DNA of 64,000 nucleotides from Octopus bimaculoides (GCF_001194135.2 NC_068997.1:50381346-50445345), one strand, 5' to 3'. Positions 50,078-63,913 are shown, counted from the stretch's first letter. Numbers and translations are program-made. Notes: generated from the sequence alone by a model not told the origin.

Positions 50078-52593
50078 AACTTCAGGGTTCAGTCATTTCA
50101 AGTTGAATGGCGACCTCACTAGTGCTGGTGGGAAAAAAAAAACCTACCCTGTACACTCTGAAAAGTAGTTGGCATTAGGAAGGCATTCATCCATAGAAAT
50201 CAAGCCAAAGCAGACATCAGAGAATGGTGCAGTTTCTGGACCTACTGGATCCTGTCAAACCATCCAACCGATGCTAGCATGGAACATGGACAGTAAAAGA
50301 TGATTTTTCCATGTGTGCATGGGTCAGGTGAAATTTGTTGAAGATTTTCAGTAACAGGATGTCATTCCTGTCTCAGACCAGACACCTAACCCAATTCTCC
50401 TAAAGACACTTGTTGGTTAAAATGGTAGAGGATTAAATCAATTGCAAACAACAAAAACACAATGGCAGGCTCTACAACGAATTTCCCTAATTTCTGCTTA
50501 TCTAATTTCACTCAGAAGACTCTGGGCAACATGAGGATGCAGTAGAAGACAAAAGCAAAAAAAATTACTGTACAAAGCAAAGATCTTAACTATAATTCAC
50601 AGTCATGAGTGAGTCCATAAACTGAGAAAGAATTGAGCGCTATTTTAGCAGGTCGAACAACCACATAGAAACGCAACATTTTCGTGGGTATTGTTTGAAG
50701 GAAGAGAAAATTCAAATGCATCTGCAGACAATGAACAATATGAGGGTAACACCAGTGACATTTCTAACCATTTCGGGTTAGGGAACTCTCACCTAAGAGG
50801 CTTAAAGTTAAAGGAAGATATGAGCTTGCTTTACTTGACACCTCTCACAATATCGTGTGTGTGTGTGTATTGTATATATGTATAGTGTGTGTGTGTGTGT
50901 GTGTGTAATCCGCTAAATTAAAAACAGACAACAAAAACCCGTAACTTAACTCCAATTTGAAAGGAAAAGGAAAATTTGGCGGGGAGAAGGATTGCAACAA
51001 GCCTTAACTGTAAAAAAAGGGCCATTGAGTGACCTGAAAGCGTTTAACAAATAATGAAGGACAGGGGAGGAGACAGACAGGAAGGTAGGTGTGTATTACA
51101 ATGTCACAGGCTGAATTGAAAAGACTTCTTTAGTTAAATAAAACAGGACAAAGACTTATTCATAAATTAATTACTAAACAAACAGCAACAACAATAATAG
51201 TTCTTTCAAATTTCGGCACAACTGGTACTTATCAATCATATCGACCCAGTAAGGATAAAAGGTAAAGTAGACACCGGCGGAATTTGAGCTCAAAACGTAA
51301 CGAGTTGAAAGAAATGTCGCTAAATATTTTGTCCGACTCACTAATAATTCTGCCAACTCGCGACCATAATACAAAATTCTGTTTTTAATATAGACAAAAG
51401 GGTTGAAATTTGGGTGAAGAAAGCTTGTCGATTACATCGACCCCACAAAACTTTATTTTATCGACTCTCGAGGGATGAAAGGCAAAGTTGACCTCAGCAG
51501 GATTTTAATTCAGAACGCAAAAAAGAGCCGGGAGAAATGCTAAACATTTTTGTTCGACGCTCTACGAATTCTATCAAATAATTTCTTTTATTGACCAGAA
51601 GGACCCCAGACATTGGAGACCAATATAAAAGAACGAAATACAACACGCGCGCGCAGAAAGGGGTTTACATCGACAGGTATACGAATATAACAAAAGATAA
51701 CTAAACTTAAACTACACAATCAGCATTCATAATTTTAATAATCCCGTGTGTGATTAAGTTGTTTGTGGATGAGGTAGAAGTGGGTGGGTAGATAGAGGGG
51801 TTCGAGAAAACAGCAGGCCTCTTTCGCACGTCTTATTTTTGGTGGTTTACACTATTGTAATGATAATGATGATGATGATGATGGAGATGATTGAAAATCA
51901 TGTGAGCGATAAGACGATATCCTAATCCCAAATGGAATAGAAATGAGACAGAGAGAGGAGGAGGAGATAAATACACACACCGACACAGACAGAGGCGGGG
52001 GTGATGTGTGAATGAAAGGAGGGGGAGTGAGAGAGATAGGAGACAGGTGCTTGTTGTGGAATAGCATTATTATAGTGAAATAAAAAAAATAATAATAATA
52101 ATAAAACAGTAGCAGTAACAACAAGACATTCCGTTAGACCTCTTGAACAATAAATTGAATAATTGTGTCTGAGGCGATAATACAAAGAATGTGACAATAG
52201 AAACACAAAAAATATGCCCCTCCTTTATATATATATATATATTTACAGGGGTAATGCAGGATATTTCAATATGGTAAAATAAAAGTAAACACACACACAC
52301 ACACAGAAATGAGATATTACACAAAATATAAACATAGTATATTGCTTACACATACACACGTTTACGTTATATATATATTTGAAAGGCCCCTTGTTTTCTA
52401 AACTGGATCAAGATACCCGCCTAAACCTCGATCAACCCTGTGTCCCGAGAAAATGCAATCTCCTAGCTCCAGCCGAAAATGATGATTATGACAATAATGT
52501 CACATAAATGTGAGAACTGAATAAAATCGCCCCAGCTGACCTGAGTGAGACCGAATATAGAGAACTTACGGAGCAGTCTTAGCCATTTCTATA

Positions 52594-52643
<50 letters not shown>

Positions 52644-53083
52644 NNNNNNNNNNNNNNNNNNNNNNNNNNNNNNNNNNNNNNNNNNNNNNNNNNNNNNNNN
52701 NNNNNNNNNNNNNNNNNNNNNNNNNNNNNNNNNNNNNNNNNNNNNNNNNNNNNNNNNNNNNNNNNNNNNNNNNNNNNNNNNNNNNNNNNNNNNNNNNNNN
52801 NNNNNNNNNNNNNNNNNNNNNNNNNNNNNNNNNNNNNNNNNNNNNNNNNNNNNNNNNNNNNNNNNNNNNNNNNNNNNNNNNNNNNNNNNNNNNNNNNNNN
52901 NNNNNNNNNNNNNNNNNNNNNNNNNNNNNNNNNNNNNNNNNNNNNNNNNNNNNNNNNNNNNNNNNNNNNNNNNNNNNNNNNNNNNNNNNNNNNNNNNNNN
53001 NNNNNNNNNNNNNNNNNNNNNNNNNNNNNNNNNNNNNNNNNNNNNNNNNNNNNNNNNNNNNNNNNNNNNNNNNNNNNNNNNNN

Positions 53084-53350
53084 AGTTCAAACTTCGCCAA
53101 GGTCAACTTTACGTTTAATCCCTACAGGATCGATGGTGTCTGTCGGCCAGCCTCCTTTCCTAAATGCTTAGCAGTATTTCGTCTGCCGCTACGTTCCGAG
53201 TTCAAATTCCGCCAAGGTTGACTTTGCCTTTCATCCCTTCGGGGTCGATGAAATAAGTACCAGTTGAGTACTGGCGTCGATGTAATTGACTATCCCGCCC
53301 CCCACCAAATTTCAGGCCTTGTGCCTATAATAGAAAGGATTATTATTATT
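53084..53350 (+). mobile_element. tRNA-headed SINE family C
   Basis: GAGTTCAAATTCC B box, gactttgcctttcatcc core, (ATT)n tail; other copies at 8930-9110, 24185-24410 (-), 24520-24740 (-), 31420-31640 (-), 33810-34095 (-), 51180-51580 (-). Confidence 0.85.
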
Positions 53351-56300
53351 ATTATTATTAGTAGTAGTAGTAGCGGTGGTGGTGGTGGTGGTGGTGTGCC
53401 AAATGCATACCCTTTGGTCGAATGGTTATGGTCACCTCACTATCGCAAGGTCCCGCGTTCGATCCCAATTCGTAGAAACTTGGGCAAATGTCATTTCCTA
53501 TAACTTGCGGGTGAAATCAAGTGGACTTGATTGAGCTGTACAGAATCCTGTCGATTATTCCAAAGATACAGCCATATAACACCGTCACGCTGATTCTACC
53601 TGAGAGTTACGTTAAAAGGTAGATACACACGTGTCTGCAGAATGCTTGTCCACACTTACACGTTAATTCAAGGGGAAGTAATTCGAATAAACTGAATCCT
53701 CCTAGTCAAACGACGGAGATCCACCATCATCATTAGCTAGAAACAGGACAGAGACTATCGAAGAATAAATTTAGTCCAATGAAAACTAAACTGTCATCGT
53801 TTAGCCCTAGGTCAGACCTATATCAGCACTGACGATTCTGTCCTTGTTCAGGCCTAGTATATTGCATACCTCTTGTTATGCTATTTTTAGGTCAAGTGAC
53901 CACGGTTATTATTAAGTCCTAGGTTAGAGCTGATTCAGCAGATCTATGATCGAAGGTATTTCAGCGGTGATCATCCCGTCTTAATACCTATCATGGATAA
54001 CTAGTATCCAATATGCCCTTTGTTAAGACGTTAGGGTATGATTTGAGAGAGATTAAGCTGCTATTTCTAGCCATCCTTTTGGCTAAGTAGATGGAGCCTC
54101 CTCTCCTAGGAGAAAATAAATAGTCTGTGTGTCACGAGGAGATTTCTGATACGTGACACCCGAGCAGGTCAGCATGATGTAAGTATAACATTACGAAATG
54201 AAATAACATCCGGATATCGACAACAAACTTTCATCTATCGACACATTAAAATAAACAAGCAGACCCTGCTGTTTAGCCATGTGTCAAACCTGCTTTAATA
54301 GACTTATGATTAAAAAGCATTCTAGTCGCGGCCATCTCGTCTTATCTAATGTGCCAGTGCCGTCTTAAGGAATGAGCATACTGGACAGTTGCCCGGAAGC
54401 CTCAGGGGGTCTACGAGCTCAATTTCGATCTATGAATGCTGTGGTTTACTGTCAATAAAACACTATAGGGCCTAATCCACTGATCTGTCCAGGGACCTCT
54501 CGAGTCTACGTATGCTGTGACCCTTACTATAGAGTCCAGTGCATTGGTCTGTCCGGGTACCCATACTGCTACGGCAGCCCTGCAATGTGTCTTCTTTCTT
54601 TAATTTGAGGGAGATGTGGCTATTTTCTAGCAGGGTGACAACTACACAATATTTTCTTGTGCTAGAGCAGTATTGAGGTCGATGTAGTCAGCTCTTTCCT
54701 CCAACACATAAATGCGTAGTTAAGAAACCATTGAGAATATTTAATTAAAACAAAGTTCCTGGCAAGCATAATCATGTGATGGAGTTTCAAATCCTGGCTG
54801 AAAACAACTCGCATCACTTATGCTAATAAAATAAAAATAAAAAGCCATGCGAACAACGAAGAGCTTCTACGTCGTCATTTGACCTGCTAAATACTAGAAA
54901 TGATAGCTAAATCTCCCTTGAATTGCACGCTCCCGACTTACTGAAAGAAGGGCACATACGGTAAAAGTCGTGAGAGCCACGCCTGGAATAAATTCGATAA
55001 TAGGATTGATCTAAAAGCTAAACAACAACAATGGCAAACAAAATGGTAATTCCTATAACACAACTTCTCTGTTCTTTGTTTCCGTAACGGAATTTTCTTT
55101 GGGGCAAACCCCGATAAACCAAACATTAGGGAATAATTAACAAATCGGGAGAGGGTAAATTGGGACAAAGTAAAGAAATATATGGTTTGCTGAAACCGTT
55201 TTATTGCTCTTGGCTCTTGTTATGTTTTAAAAAGATGCGTCCCAGGATATTTCGACTTTTTCAAGAATGAGTCATTCCATCGGTAATGCTAAGTGGATTG
55301 AGTGTGTACGTGAATGGAATAAACCACAGACATACAAATACATCACCGAGTGTGGTCGAAGGGATAAATAAATACATGACCGATCGTTTAAGGGAGCTGC
55401 CTAGAGAGAGTCTTTTATTTGCTAGAAATAGCAGCCAAATAGTCACATACAGACTGGGTCTGGAGCTTGGCTGAGGTGCTGGACGAGGAGCCCTCTCCCT
55501 TAAAGGTTGCCTACTTGCCTGCTGCTGCATAGAAGGATTTTAATTGCTGTCATGAAGGGGAGAAATTCATCAGGTGTCATTTCCTTGCTCTCCTGTCATA
55601 ATATGAAATATTAAACGAAAAAGTAATAACTACATAAAAAACACGGGCGTCAGTGTGCGAAATTTTGGGGTCAATTGCGAAAAGAACTGCTTGCTTAATG
55701 ACAAAGCAAAAAAACAAACGTTTGATAATACTCCATTCCAATTGAAAAGGAGCTTCGGTAGGATCATGACAAAACAATGTTTCGTAGATTAATTGGTATC
55801 TCTAATTTAGGACCTGATTAATCCATTATCGGGTTTAAATCACATTGATAGAGAATACGAGGTAACAACGGAACAGCTCCCATATAGCAGAAATAACAGT
55901 CAAATCTCTCCTAAACACAATACTGTCTAAGAAAGTAATGACACAATGCATAATGATGTAGTCCTTAGATATGATAGCTTGAGGAGAAGCGGTCACATCT
56001 GGAAAATCTTTGATCAAGGATGACCTGGAACTAAACAACAACATCCTTGAGTGACGAAGTTAAGGTGGAAGGACTACACTATCCAACATGTCCTTATGTA
56101 AAATAGTATGGTGTTAATTGAGGGAGATTTGGTTGCTATTTCTAGCACAGAGACCACAGGATTCTGGGAAGCGTAAAAGTAACAAGTGTCTTTTTAACAA
56201 AGGGACAATATGAAATTTAAATGAAGGTTTACAACAGAGATGGCGGGGAGATGAAGGGTTGGTGTTTATCCCAAATTAAGGAATTCGGAATCGACAGTGG

Positions 56301-57461
56301 ATGATGGTCCTATAGACAACACATTTATCTTCATTGTTTACAGACACGAGTTCAACCTCAATACAGATTTTATATTTTATCTCTCAATACAAATAAGTAG
56401 CAATAATACGTAGGGATTCGATCCAATCGATTATGCTTGTCATACAGATACGAGCCATCAAAAAAGCTCCTTCGTGGTCACTCGACCTGTTAGAAATAGC
56501 TGCTAAATGCCTCATTTCAAATATCCTACTCTTATAATAATAAAAAGGACACAGACACGTTGCGTATTATAGTCCTAAATACATTATCTCTGAGGGAAAA
56601 ACAGGATGGTCATAGTTAGAACGCTTTTTATCATAAGTTTGTGAGGACTGGCTTGGGGGTTAAACGACTACAACGTCTGTGTTTCTATTTAGTAAATCGA
56701 TCGATACACCAAGTTCTGATTACAAATGCTATCTAGGGACGGGAGTGGGTGGAAATTATTATTTATTTATTGCCTTTCATCGTTTCGTTAGGAGGTGGGT
56801 GGATTACTGGGATGGCATCATCACTAAAACAGCCCTTCCCTACAATTTTGGATCGTTCTGCCCTATATTTTTTAAAAGACATCAAAAAAAATCGATATCC
56901 AGGAATTTGGTGTGGAGACGCGAGTTCTCTATCTAAAGTGAACATCGTTGGATGATAATGAAAGAGTGAGAGAGAGAGAGGAGCAGCGACTGATGCAAAG
57001 ATCCCAGCCGTTTCTGCAGAAAACACTAGAAAATGAAAGTGGTCTGTGATATTAAAACAAAAATACAAGAAAATTCAAACACTTGGAATCTGCGACTCGT
57101 AGACAGAGAAAGCAACAGCATGTGCCATTCTTCCGCATCACCTTTCATTTTTAAAAAATGTATTTTAAAAGCAAATTAGGGTTTCGTTTCATTTTTTTTT
57201 TACGTGAATTTTTAATAAACTAATGGTGTGAAAATATAATATTAACATTCCTGGAGCAATGTTTCAGAGACAGACTACACAGTAAATAGTTTCAGACATT
57301 CAAACTTACATGTCCGTCCGTATTATTTATAAAATAATGCTATATTTGAGAAAATAGATATTGGCGATTGTGAAAGATGAGAGGAGACTGTCATTTAAAC
57401 ATAATTTGAACAATTATACAATTATATTTCTGCACGAGTGTGTTGTAGAGACATAGGTGTG

Positions 57462-57530
<69 letters not shown>

Positions 57531-58444
57531 GAAAGTGAAAGAAAGAGGCCATGTTTTGTTGTTATAAGGGTAAAAAACGAAACAATGGTTGAATTTCGTT
57601 GACTCTATAAAACTACTGTATGGTTTGTGTTGTTAATTAGTTAACAAGGAGCAGTCTGACCCAAAAGGGCCACTCACTCGATTCTCCTTGTCATTACTCT
57701 CTTTCTTTCTTTCTCTCTGAATGAGTCCACTCCAGAGACAAGGCATGACTATCTCTTTCATTCCATGTTTAGTATTTAAATCAATATGCGTGTATGTGCG
57801 ATTTATTTCAAAATATAATACAATTCTGTTGAAATGTTAGATGGGACATCATTTAATCCCTATGTATAGTTATTTTCTTATTTCTATAACCTTTCTTCCT
57901 ACTAACTAAACTATACACATAGCAGACACGACACACATTACCTATCCATATTACGTGTGTGTGTGTATATATATATTATATATATATATGCACAATCTCA
58001 CACACATACATTACGTGTGTGTGTGTGTGTAGATATACGGAATGTGTATATATGTAATCTATATTCACATCAACTGAACAGATAATGATAACAGCAATGA
58101 AATTAAATATTTTTCAGACGAAAATAGTGATGTTTGAACGTAAATAAAATGGTTTAGCTTGATGTATATTTCAATTGTGATGACTGAAATTTGATAATAA
58201 AAAAAAAAAACCGAAAGTCTGCGAATGTATAATGTATGTACACCAAATAGATATGAATTCTTCATCACATTCGTGTTATTGATTATTAATGTTTAAAATA
58301 TTAGAAAATTTAAAAAGCAGTAATAATATTATAGCAGAGCTGTCATTCCCATTTATATAGTAAATATATTCAAACACATACACGCAATATATAACAGACA
58401 TTCATATATGAATTATACATATATATGTAGCGTACCCGTCCATA

Positions 58445-58451
58445 TACTCAC

Positions 58452-58489
<38 letters not shown>

Positions 58490-58599
58490 CACACGCGTAT
58501 ATATTTATATATATACATACATACACACACACACGCGCGTATATATCTATATATACACATACACACACGCGTATATATCTATATATACACATACACACA

Positions 58600-58643
<44 letters not shown>

Positions 58644-58765
58644 ATATACATATACACACGCGTATATATATCTATATACACATACACACACGCGTATATA
58701 TACCTATATATATACACATACATACACACAGACGCACATATATATACATACACGCATACATGCAT
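58445..58765. repeat. Compound (TA)/(CA)/(CG) microsatellite (one of dozens of TA, CA, GA and AAT tracts in the window)
   Basis: Direct inspection; other long tracts include 6219-6263, 23720-23787, 29340-29560, 34088-34158 and 34700-35068. Confidence 0.95.
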
Positions 58766-59476
58766 CCCCTTAACATCATCAATTACAAACCAAAATTTCC
58801 CGATAGTAATTGATGGTACACGCAGACGAATATAAAGATATAGATGGACCTAGACCTGTATTGAGTGCTACTTTCGTTTGCTCACCCAGTGCCTATATAT
58901 TACTTGTCGGTGACGAAGTTTTCGGAGCTCCGTCGTGCAAAGAACGAAACGAAAATGTAAATAACAACAAAATAATACTAATAATAACTAATAACTAAAA
59001 ATCGTTTACAATTAACCGAAAAGCGGCAAAGATAAATGAAATTAATTAGAACCATTCATTTCAGTCGTGTTCCAAATAAATAATCCAACGGCTAAAACAA
59101 TTATACATTCGTTTCAATATGACAATCTGTAATATTTAATTAGAAACAATTCACACAGTAAGGATAACTATGATATATATATATACATATATAATGTATG
59201 TGTATATATGAATGAATGCGTATATATGGTTAGTTGATAAACATGCTAATAATATAAAAAGGGTTAGATGAAGATGTACTACTATTAATCTAATAATCCA
59301 AATATATTAATCTAATATATTTTATCTTATTTATTTCTCAATCTATTAAGAATTATTTTGTAGAGATTTGAGGGCAAGGCAATTAAAGATAAATAATATA
59401 ACGCAGACACACAGAGTAAGAAATAAATAAATGGAAGATACAAAAAATAAACCAAACGAAAGGTTTTAGGACTAAC

Positions 59477-59579
59477 CTGGGACATTATCTTGGTAAGGCG
59501 AAGGTGTTTGTGGCGATGGGTCGTTTGCTCTGCTATTAAGGAGCAAAGGTGCCCGTTCACTCTGTTGCCCGTCCGCCAT
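59477..59579 (-). CDS. TMEM55: TMEM55/PIP4P1-2 (lysosomal PI(4,5)P2 4-phosphatase family), coding exon 1
   Basis: MADGQQSERAPLLLNSRANDPSPQTPSPYQDNVP+G resembles the family N-terminus with an ExxxLL lysosomal dileucine motif; CAG|gttagt phase-1 donor matches the acceptor phase at 36072. Confidence 0.88.
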
Positions 59580-59632
59580 AATCAAACCCTCTCATATGGC
59601 GCTACACCAACAGAATTATCTCCTCCTGCCAT
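59557..59632 (-). other. Two small upstream ORFs at the TMEM55 start
   Basis: uORF1 59632-59582 (MAGGDNSVGVAPYERV-stop) ends 2 nt before the main ATG; uORF2 59595-59557 (MRGFDYGGRATE-stop) overlaps the main ATG out of frame; the TSS is unknown. Confidence 0.45.
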
Positions 59633-59641
59633 GAAAATTAC

Positions 59642-59649
59642 TCACGTGA
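59642..59649. promoter_or_regulatory. TCACGTGA palindrome (CLEAR/MiT-TFE-type E-box) about 60 bp upstream of the TMEM55 ATG
   Basis: Exact 8-bp palindrome in unique sequence next to the first coding exon. Confidence 0.55.
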
Positions 59650-59719
59650 TTTAACACCGCTCACTCTTCTGTATCTGTGTGCGTGCATATATGTATGTAT
59701 ATTTATGTGCGTGCGTGCG

Positions 59720-59783
<64 letters not shown>

Positions 59784-60630
59784 ATTTATGTTTGTACATG
59801 TAGTCTGCAGCGATTATGTTTAAGCTATCGTACAACTTGTGTTTATACTCTCTCTCTCTCTCCCTCTCTCTCCCTCTCTTCTTGATTTCCTTCAGTCTAA
59901 CGTTTCCACCAGACTTATTCCCCAGGGTCGGCAATATAAAGCACCAGTTAAGTCCCATCTTCTATTCTGAGCTTGTGAATGAAAGATACAGTCTTGCTTT
60001 GGTACACCATATCAAATATTCAAAGGTGCACTGAAAGCAACCTTAAATGACTGTAAGATCATCCCAAATTCAAGGGAGGATCTTGCTTGAGACAGGTCTG
60101 CATAGAGATGGCTCCAAGGTGATTAAATCGTTACAAATATCTATAACAGAAACGAGAAGGGAGACCCACAAACCACAACCCTGGTAAAAATAAACATTAA
60201 TGCGTGGTCTCTGACAAATACTTCTCTATCAGAACAAAACTTCTCAGCTACACTGAACTCAGAAATGAACAATTAACAGCAATCCTCTTCTGTTTTACCC
60301 CCAATTCTTTGTTATTCATTTATCTTTTAACATCCATCTTCCATGATGGTTTGGATCGGATGGTTGATAGGATCCGACAGGTCCAGGGATGGCATCATTC
60401 TCCAACGTCTGTTTTGGCATGGTTTCTCTGGCTGGATGCTTTTCCTAACTCCAACCACTTTAAAGAATGTACTGGCACTAGTGAGATTGCCATGTAATTC
60501 ACAAGAGGAAGATCCTCTTCAACTGAGAAGGGTTACAGTAGAGAGGAAGATTGCTTTATACGAGAAGATGAAAGAAGGGGTTAGAACAGGTTCCTTGCTG
60601 TAGAGGAACTACAGGGCTTTTTATTTATAC

Positions 60631-60664
<34 letters not shown>

Positions 60665-60665
<1 letters not shown>

Positions 60666-61900
60666 GGATCTTTCTGAGGGTCGGTTGTATTCTGGGTAGA
60701 CCTTATTTGGGTTGCAGGTTACTCGCTCTATCCTTCGATATCCACATGATTTCAATAAGCCATCAAGTGCTCAAAACCTCTCTGATAATATTTTCTGTTC
60801 CTAAAAAGCAAACTTTCAGTTGAGGCTCTACAGGATATTCCATTCCAATCTCCTTTATCCCATTTATCTATTCCATCATTCATAGTCCCTAATGCATCAA
60901 TTACCACATGTACAATCTTTACACATTTCATGTTCCCAAATTGTTGCAATCTCAAATTTTAGGGGGTTGTTCTTTTTCAACTTTTCATCTGCTTTCTTCA
61001 CAATCCTAGTATCAAATGGACATAATGGATCAATTAGTAAGCAAATTCTATTTCCCTTGTCTGTTATTGTTGTATCTTGCTTTTCATGCACCATCTTCTT
61101 ATCCATTTGAATGGGAAAATCCCACAAAATCTTGCATGTTTCCAACTCAAGTACTCTTTCTATTTAGTGATTGTATCATACTTCCTGCTTCAAACTCATA
61201 ATTTTCACAAAGTTTCCATTGCGAAACATTTACCACTTGATCATACCTCCAATTTTTACATTCTCCTTGAGCTTAATTGGAACATTCTGTAACAACAACA
61301 TGTGTCATTGTTTCATCTCAAATTCCACATAGCCTACATTTTACCAACACATTCTCTCCATACACATATTTTCACAAATTTTTTGTTTGCAGTGCAAGAT
61401 CTTGAGCAGCTATAATAAGGCTCTCTGTTTCTTTTTTCAATTGCCTTTCTTTGAGCCAAACACAGGATTTTGTTCCTCATTCATCCTCAACGGCTTTCCA
61501 AAACTGACCAGACAAAGATTTCTCTTCAATCTGTTTAAAATGCTCTCTTTGAATTTCATTTTTATCATTTCTCCTTTCCCAGTCTTAATCACATGTTCTT
61601 TATTCACTGTCTTTAGCAAGTTTTCTGTAAATAATCAAATAAGCTATTTCATTCCATCCACTCACACTGTTCCACATTAGTTTAGCCTCTTCCATCCTGG
61701 TCTCTCTTCAAGTGCAACCAGTTGATATCAGCTTTTGAATGCTAAGCTCCAAACATAGTCAGCAGCTTTCTAGTTTTTCTGTCACATCTGCATTTTCATC
61801 TTTTGTCCAGTTCACAATTCCAACTCCATGTCTGATTACCAGTACTACTCTTGCATTTATTGTTTCAATAACATTTCTTGAATTCAACCTTGACTATGAT
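60665..61900 (-). mobile_element. R4/Dong-clade retrotransposon 3' part (thumb, CCHC, restriction-like endonuclease)
   Basis: KILWDFPIQMDKK...ICLLIDPLCPFDTRIVKK...VVIDALGT resembles the RLE domain; the 3' end abuts a (TAA)n tract at about 60630-60665. Confidence 0.85.
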
Positions 61901-61901
61901 A

Positions 61902-62201
61902 TTAGGTCGTCAAATATGAAATTTGTAGAAAAGAAAAAAAGTTTGCTAATGTTTTATAAATACAAGGAATAGTTTTATTCATCAAAATATGCACCCATAT
62001 TGTCAATACACTTTTGCTATTTCAGTGGTAGTTTGTCCAGCCCGGAACTGTAAAAGCCTGGCATTCTAGGGTCAATAAAATCTTGGAGGCCTATTTTACA
62101 GCATCATCGGAATTAAATTTTTTTCCTATCAAAAAGTTATCCAAATTCTGGAAGAAGTGGTGGTCACTGGGGGCAAGATCAGGTGAGTATGGTGGATGAT
62201 G
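61902..62201 (-). mobile_element. Mariner transposase C-terminal remnant with TIR-like end
   Basis: HPPYSPDLAPSDHHFFQNLDNFLIGKKFNSDDAVK...QKCIDNMGAYFDE; tattaggtcgtc terminus; truncated by the gap at 62202. Confidence 0.85.
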
Positions 62202-62814
62202 NNNNNNNNNNNNNNNNNNNNNNNNNNNNNNNNNNNNNNNNNNNNNNNNNNNNNNNNNNNNNNNNNNNNNNNNNNNNNNNNNNNNNNNNNNNNNNNNNNN
62301 NNNNNNNNNNNNNNNNNNNNNNNNNNNNNNNNNNNNNNNNNNNNNNNNNNNNNNNNNNNNNNNNNNNNNNNNNNNNNNNNNNNNNNNNNNNNNNNNNNNN
62401 NNNNNNNNNNNNNNNNNNNNNNNNNNNNNNNNNNNNNNNNNNNNNNNNNNNNNNNNNNNNNTAAACTGTTTACATAAATTTACTGTTATTTTCCTTTCTA
62501 TATTTATGTGGTATGACGTCAGTGTCTGGGGAGGCTGACCGGAAGAGGAAAAAGGGCAGAGGGAGCCTCGATCGGCATTCGTGCCCTTTTCGAACGGGGT
62601 CGCGGACAGGACAAGACGTGTCTAGTGACGGTCTAGGTTTGGGAGAAGCAGCTGCTATTCCTGGTGTTCTTTGGGTCGGGGCAAGCTTCAAGGATTGGAT
62701 ACCACAAGACAGACTCGCAGTCGACGAAAGGAAAACCGAGGTAAGGCGATTACATCTACTCGTACGCACACACCACAATTTATATAGAAGCCAACAGTAA
62801 TTATCCTGTAACTA

Positions 62815-63135
62815 GTGGTGGTGAAGATGATGATGATGATGATGATGACAGTGGTGGCAATGGCGGGGTGTTGGTGTTGGTGATGGTAATGATAATGATG
62901 ATGATAGTGGTGAGAATAATGATCTGATGGTGCCGATCACAATGATGATGATGATAATGATGAAGACAGTGGTGGTAGTGATTGCGATGGTGATGGTGAA
63001 GGTGGTTGCGTTGACAATAATGATAAATTGCGGTGATTACATCAATGCTGCTATTGCTGCTGCTGCTGCTGTTGCTACTGTTGATGATGATAGTGATGGT
63101 GATGGTGGTGATGGTGGTAGCGATGATGACGATGA
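62815..63135. repeat. Compound (GAT/GGT/GCT)n low-complexity tract
   Basis: Direct inspection; the overlapping ORFs are low-complexity artefacts. Confidence 0.9.
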
Positions 63136-63556
63136 AGATTGCAAGAAGCAACTCCCCCCTCCCCTCATACATACCCACGATTATTTCATTTCACTGAACA
63201 CCATAAACCAAACAGCCAGTTTACATAAAACTCAGCTGACCGAAATAACATATGTGCCGCCAGTCTGATAATCCAATAATCTGGTGATTGCAAACGGTGA
63301 CACCATTATATCTAACAATGACGCTCTGTCCTTCTGCTGACTTGATGCTAAACCATATTGTTTTGTGAAAGAGTAAAGTCCAACAGACTCTGAGGAATCA
63401 AAGATCTGCTTTGGTAATAAACAACTGAAGTTATGTGAAGTTCTGGCATGGCTGGGTGGTTAACTACTTTGCTTTGTAATTCTATGGATTTGGGTTCCAT
63501 TCCTCTGTGTGGCACATTGGGCGTGTGTTTTCTATTACAACTACTATTACTACTGT

Positions 63557-63913
63557 GAAGGCGCAATGGCCCAGTGGTTAGGGCAGTGGACTCATAGTCG
63601 TAGGATCGCAGTTTCGATTCCCAGACTGGGTGTTGTGAGTGTTTATTGAGTGAAAACACCTAAAGCTCTACGAGGCTCCAGCAGCGGGGTGGTGGTGAAC
63701 TCTGCTGTACTCTTCCACCGCAACTTTCTCTCACTCTTACTTCCTGTTTCTGTTGTAGCTGTATTTCAAAGGGCCAGCCTTGTAACGCTCTGTGTCACGC
63801 TGAATCTCCCCAAGAACTATGTTAAAGGTACACGTGTCTGTGGAGTGCTCAGCCACTTACATGTTAATTTCACGAGCAGGCTGTTCCGTTGATCGGATCA
63901 ACAGGAACCCTCG
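63557..63913 (+). mobile_element. SINE family A
   Basis: Colinear with 16853-17232. Confidence 0.9.

Noticed and set aside
52565-52586. Minus-strand ATG GCT AAG ACT GCT CC|gtaagt as a candidate TMEM55 first exon
   Set aside because: Phase 2 does not fit exon 2 (phase 1), there is no family similarity, and a much better first exon exists at 59579-59477
58880-59000. Unique CpG-containing stretch with a minus-strand G|gtgagc donor in TMEM55 intron 1
   Set aside because: No convincing acceptor or coding frame; could be regulatory but cannot be supported from sequence alone
62801-63268. His-, Asp- and Ala-rich ORFs
   Set aside because: Translations of a compound trinucleotide microsatellite with no splice support
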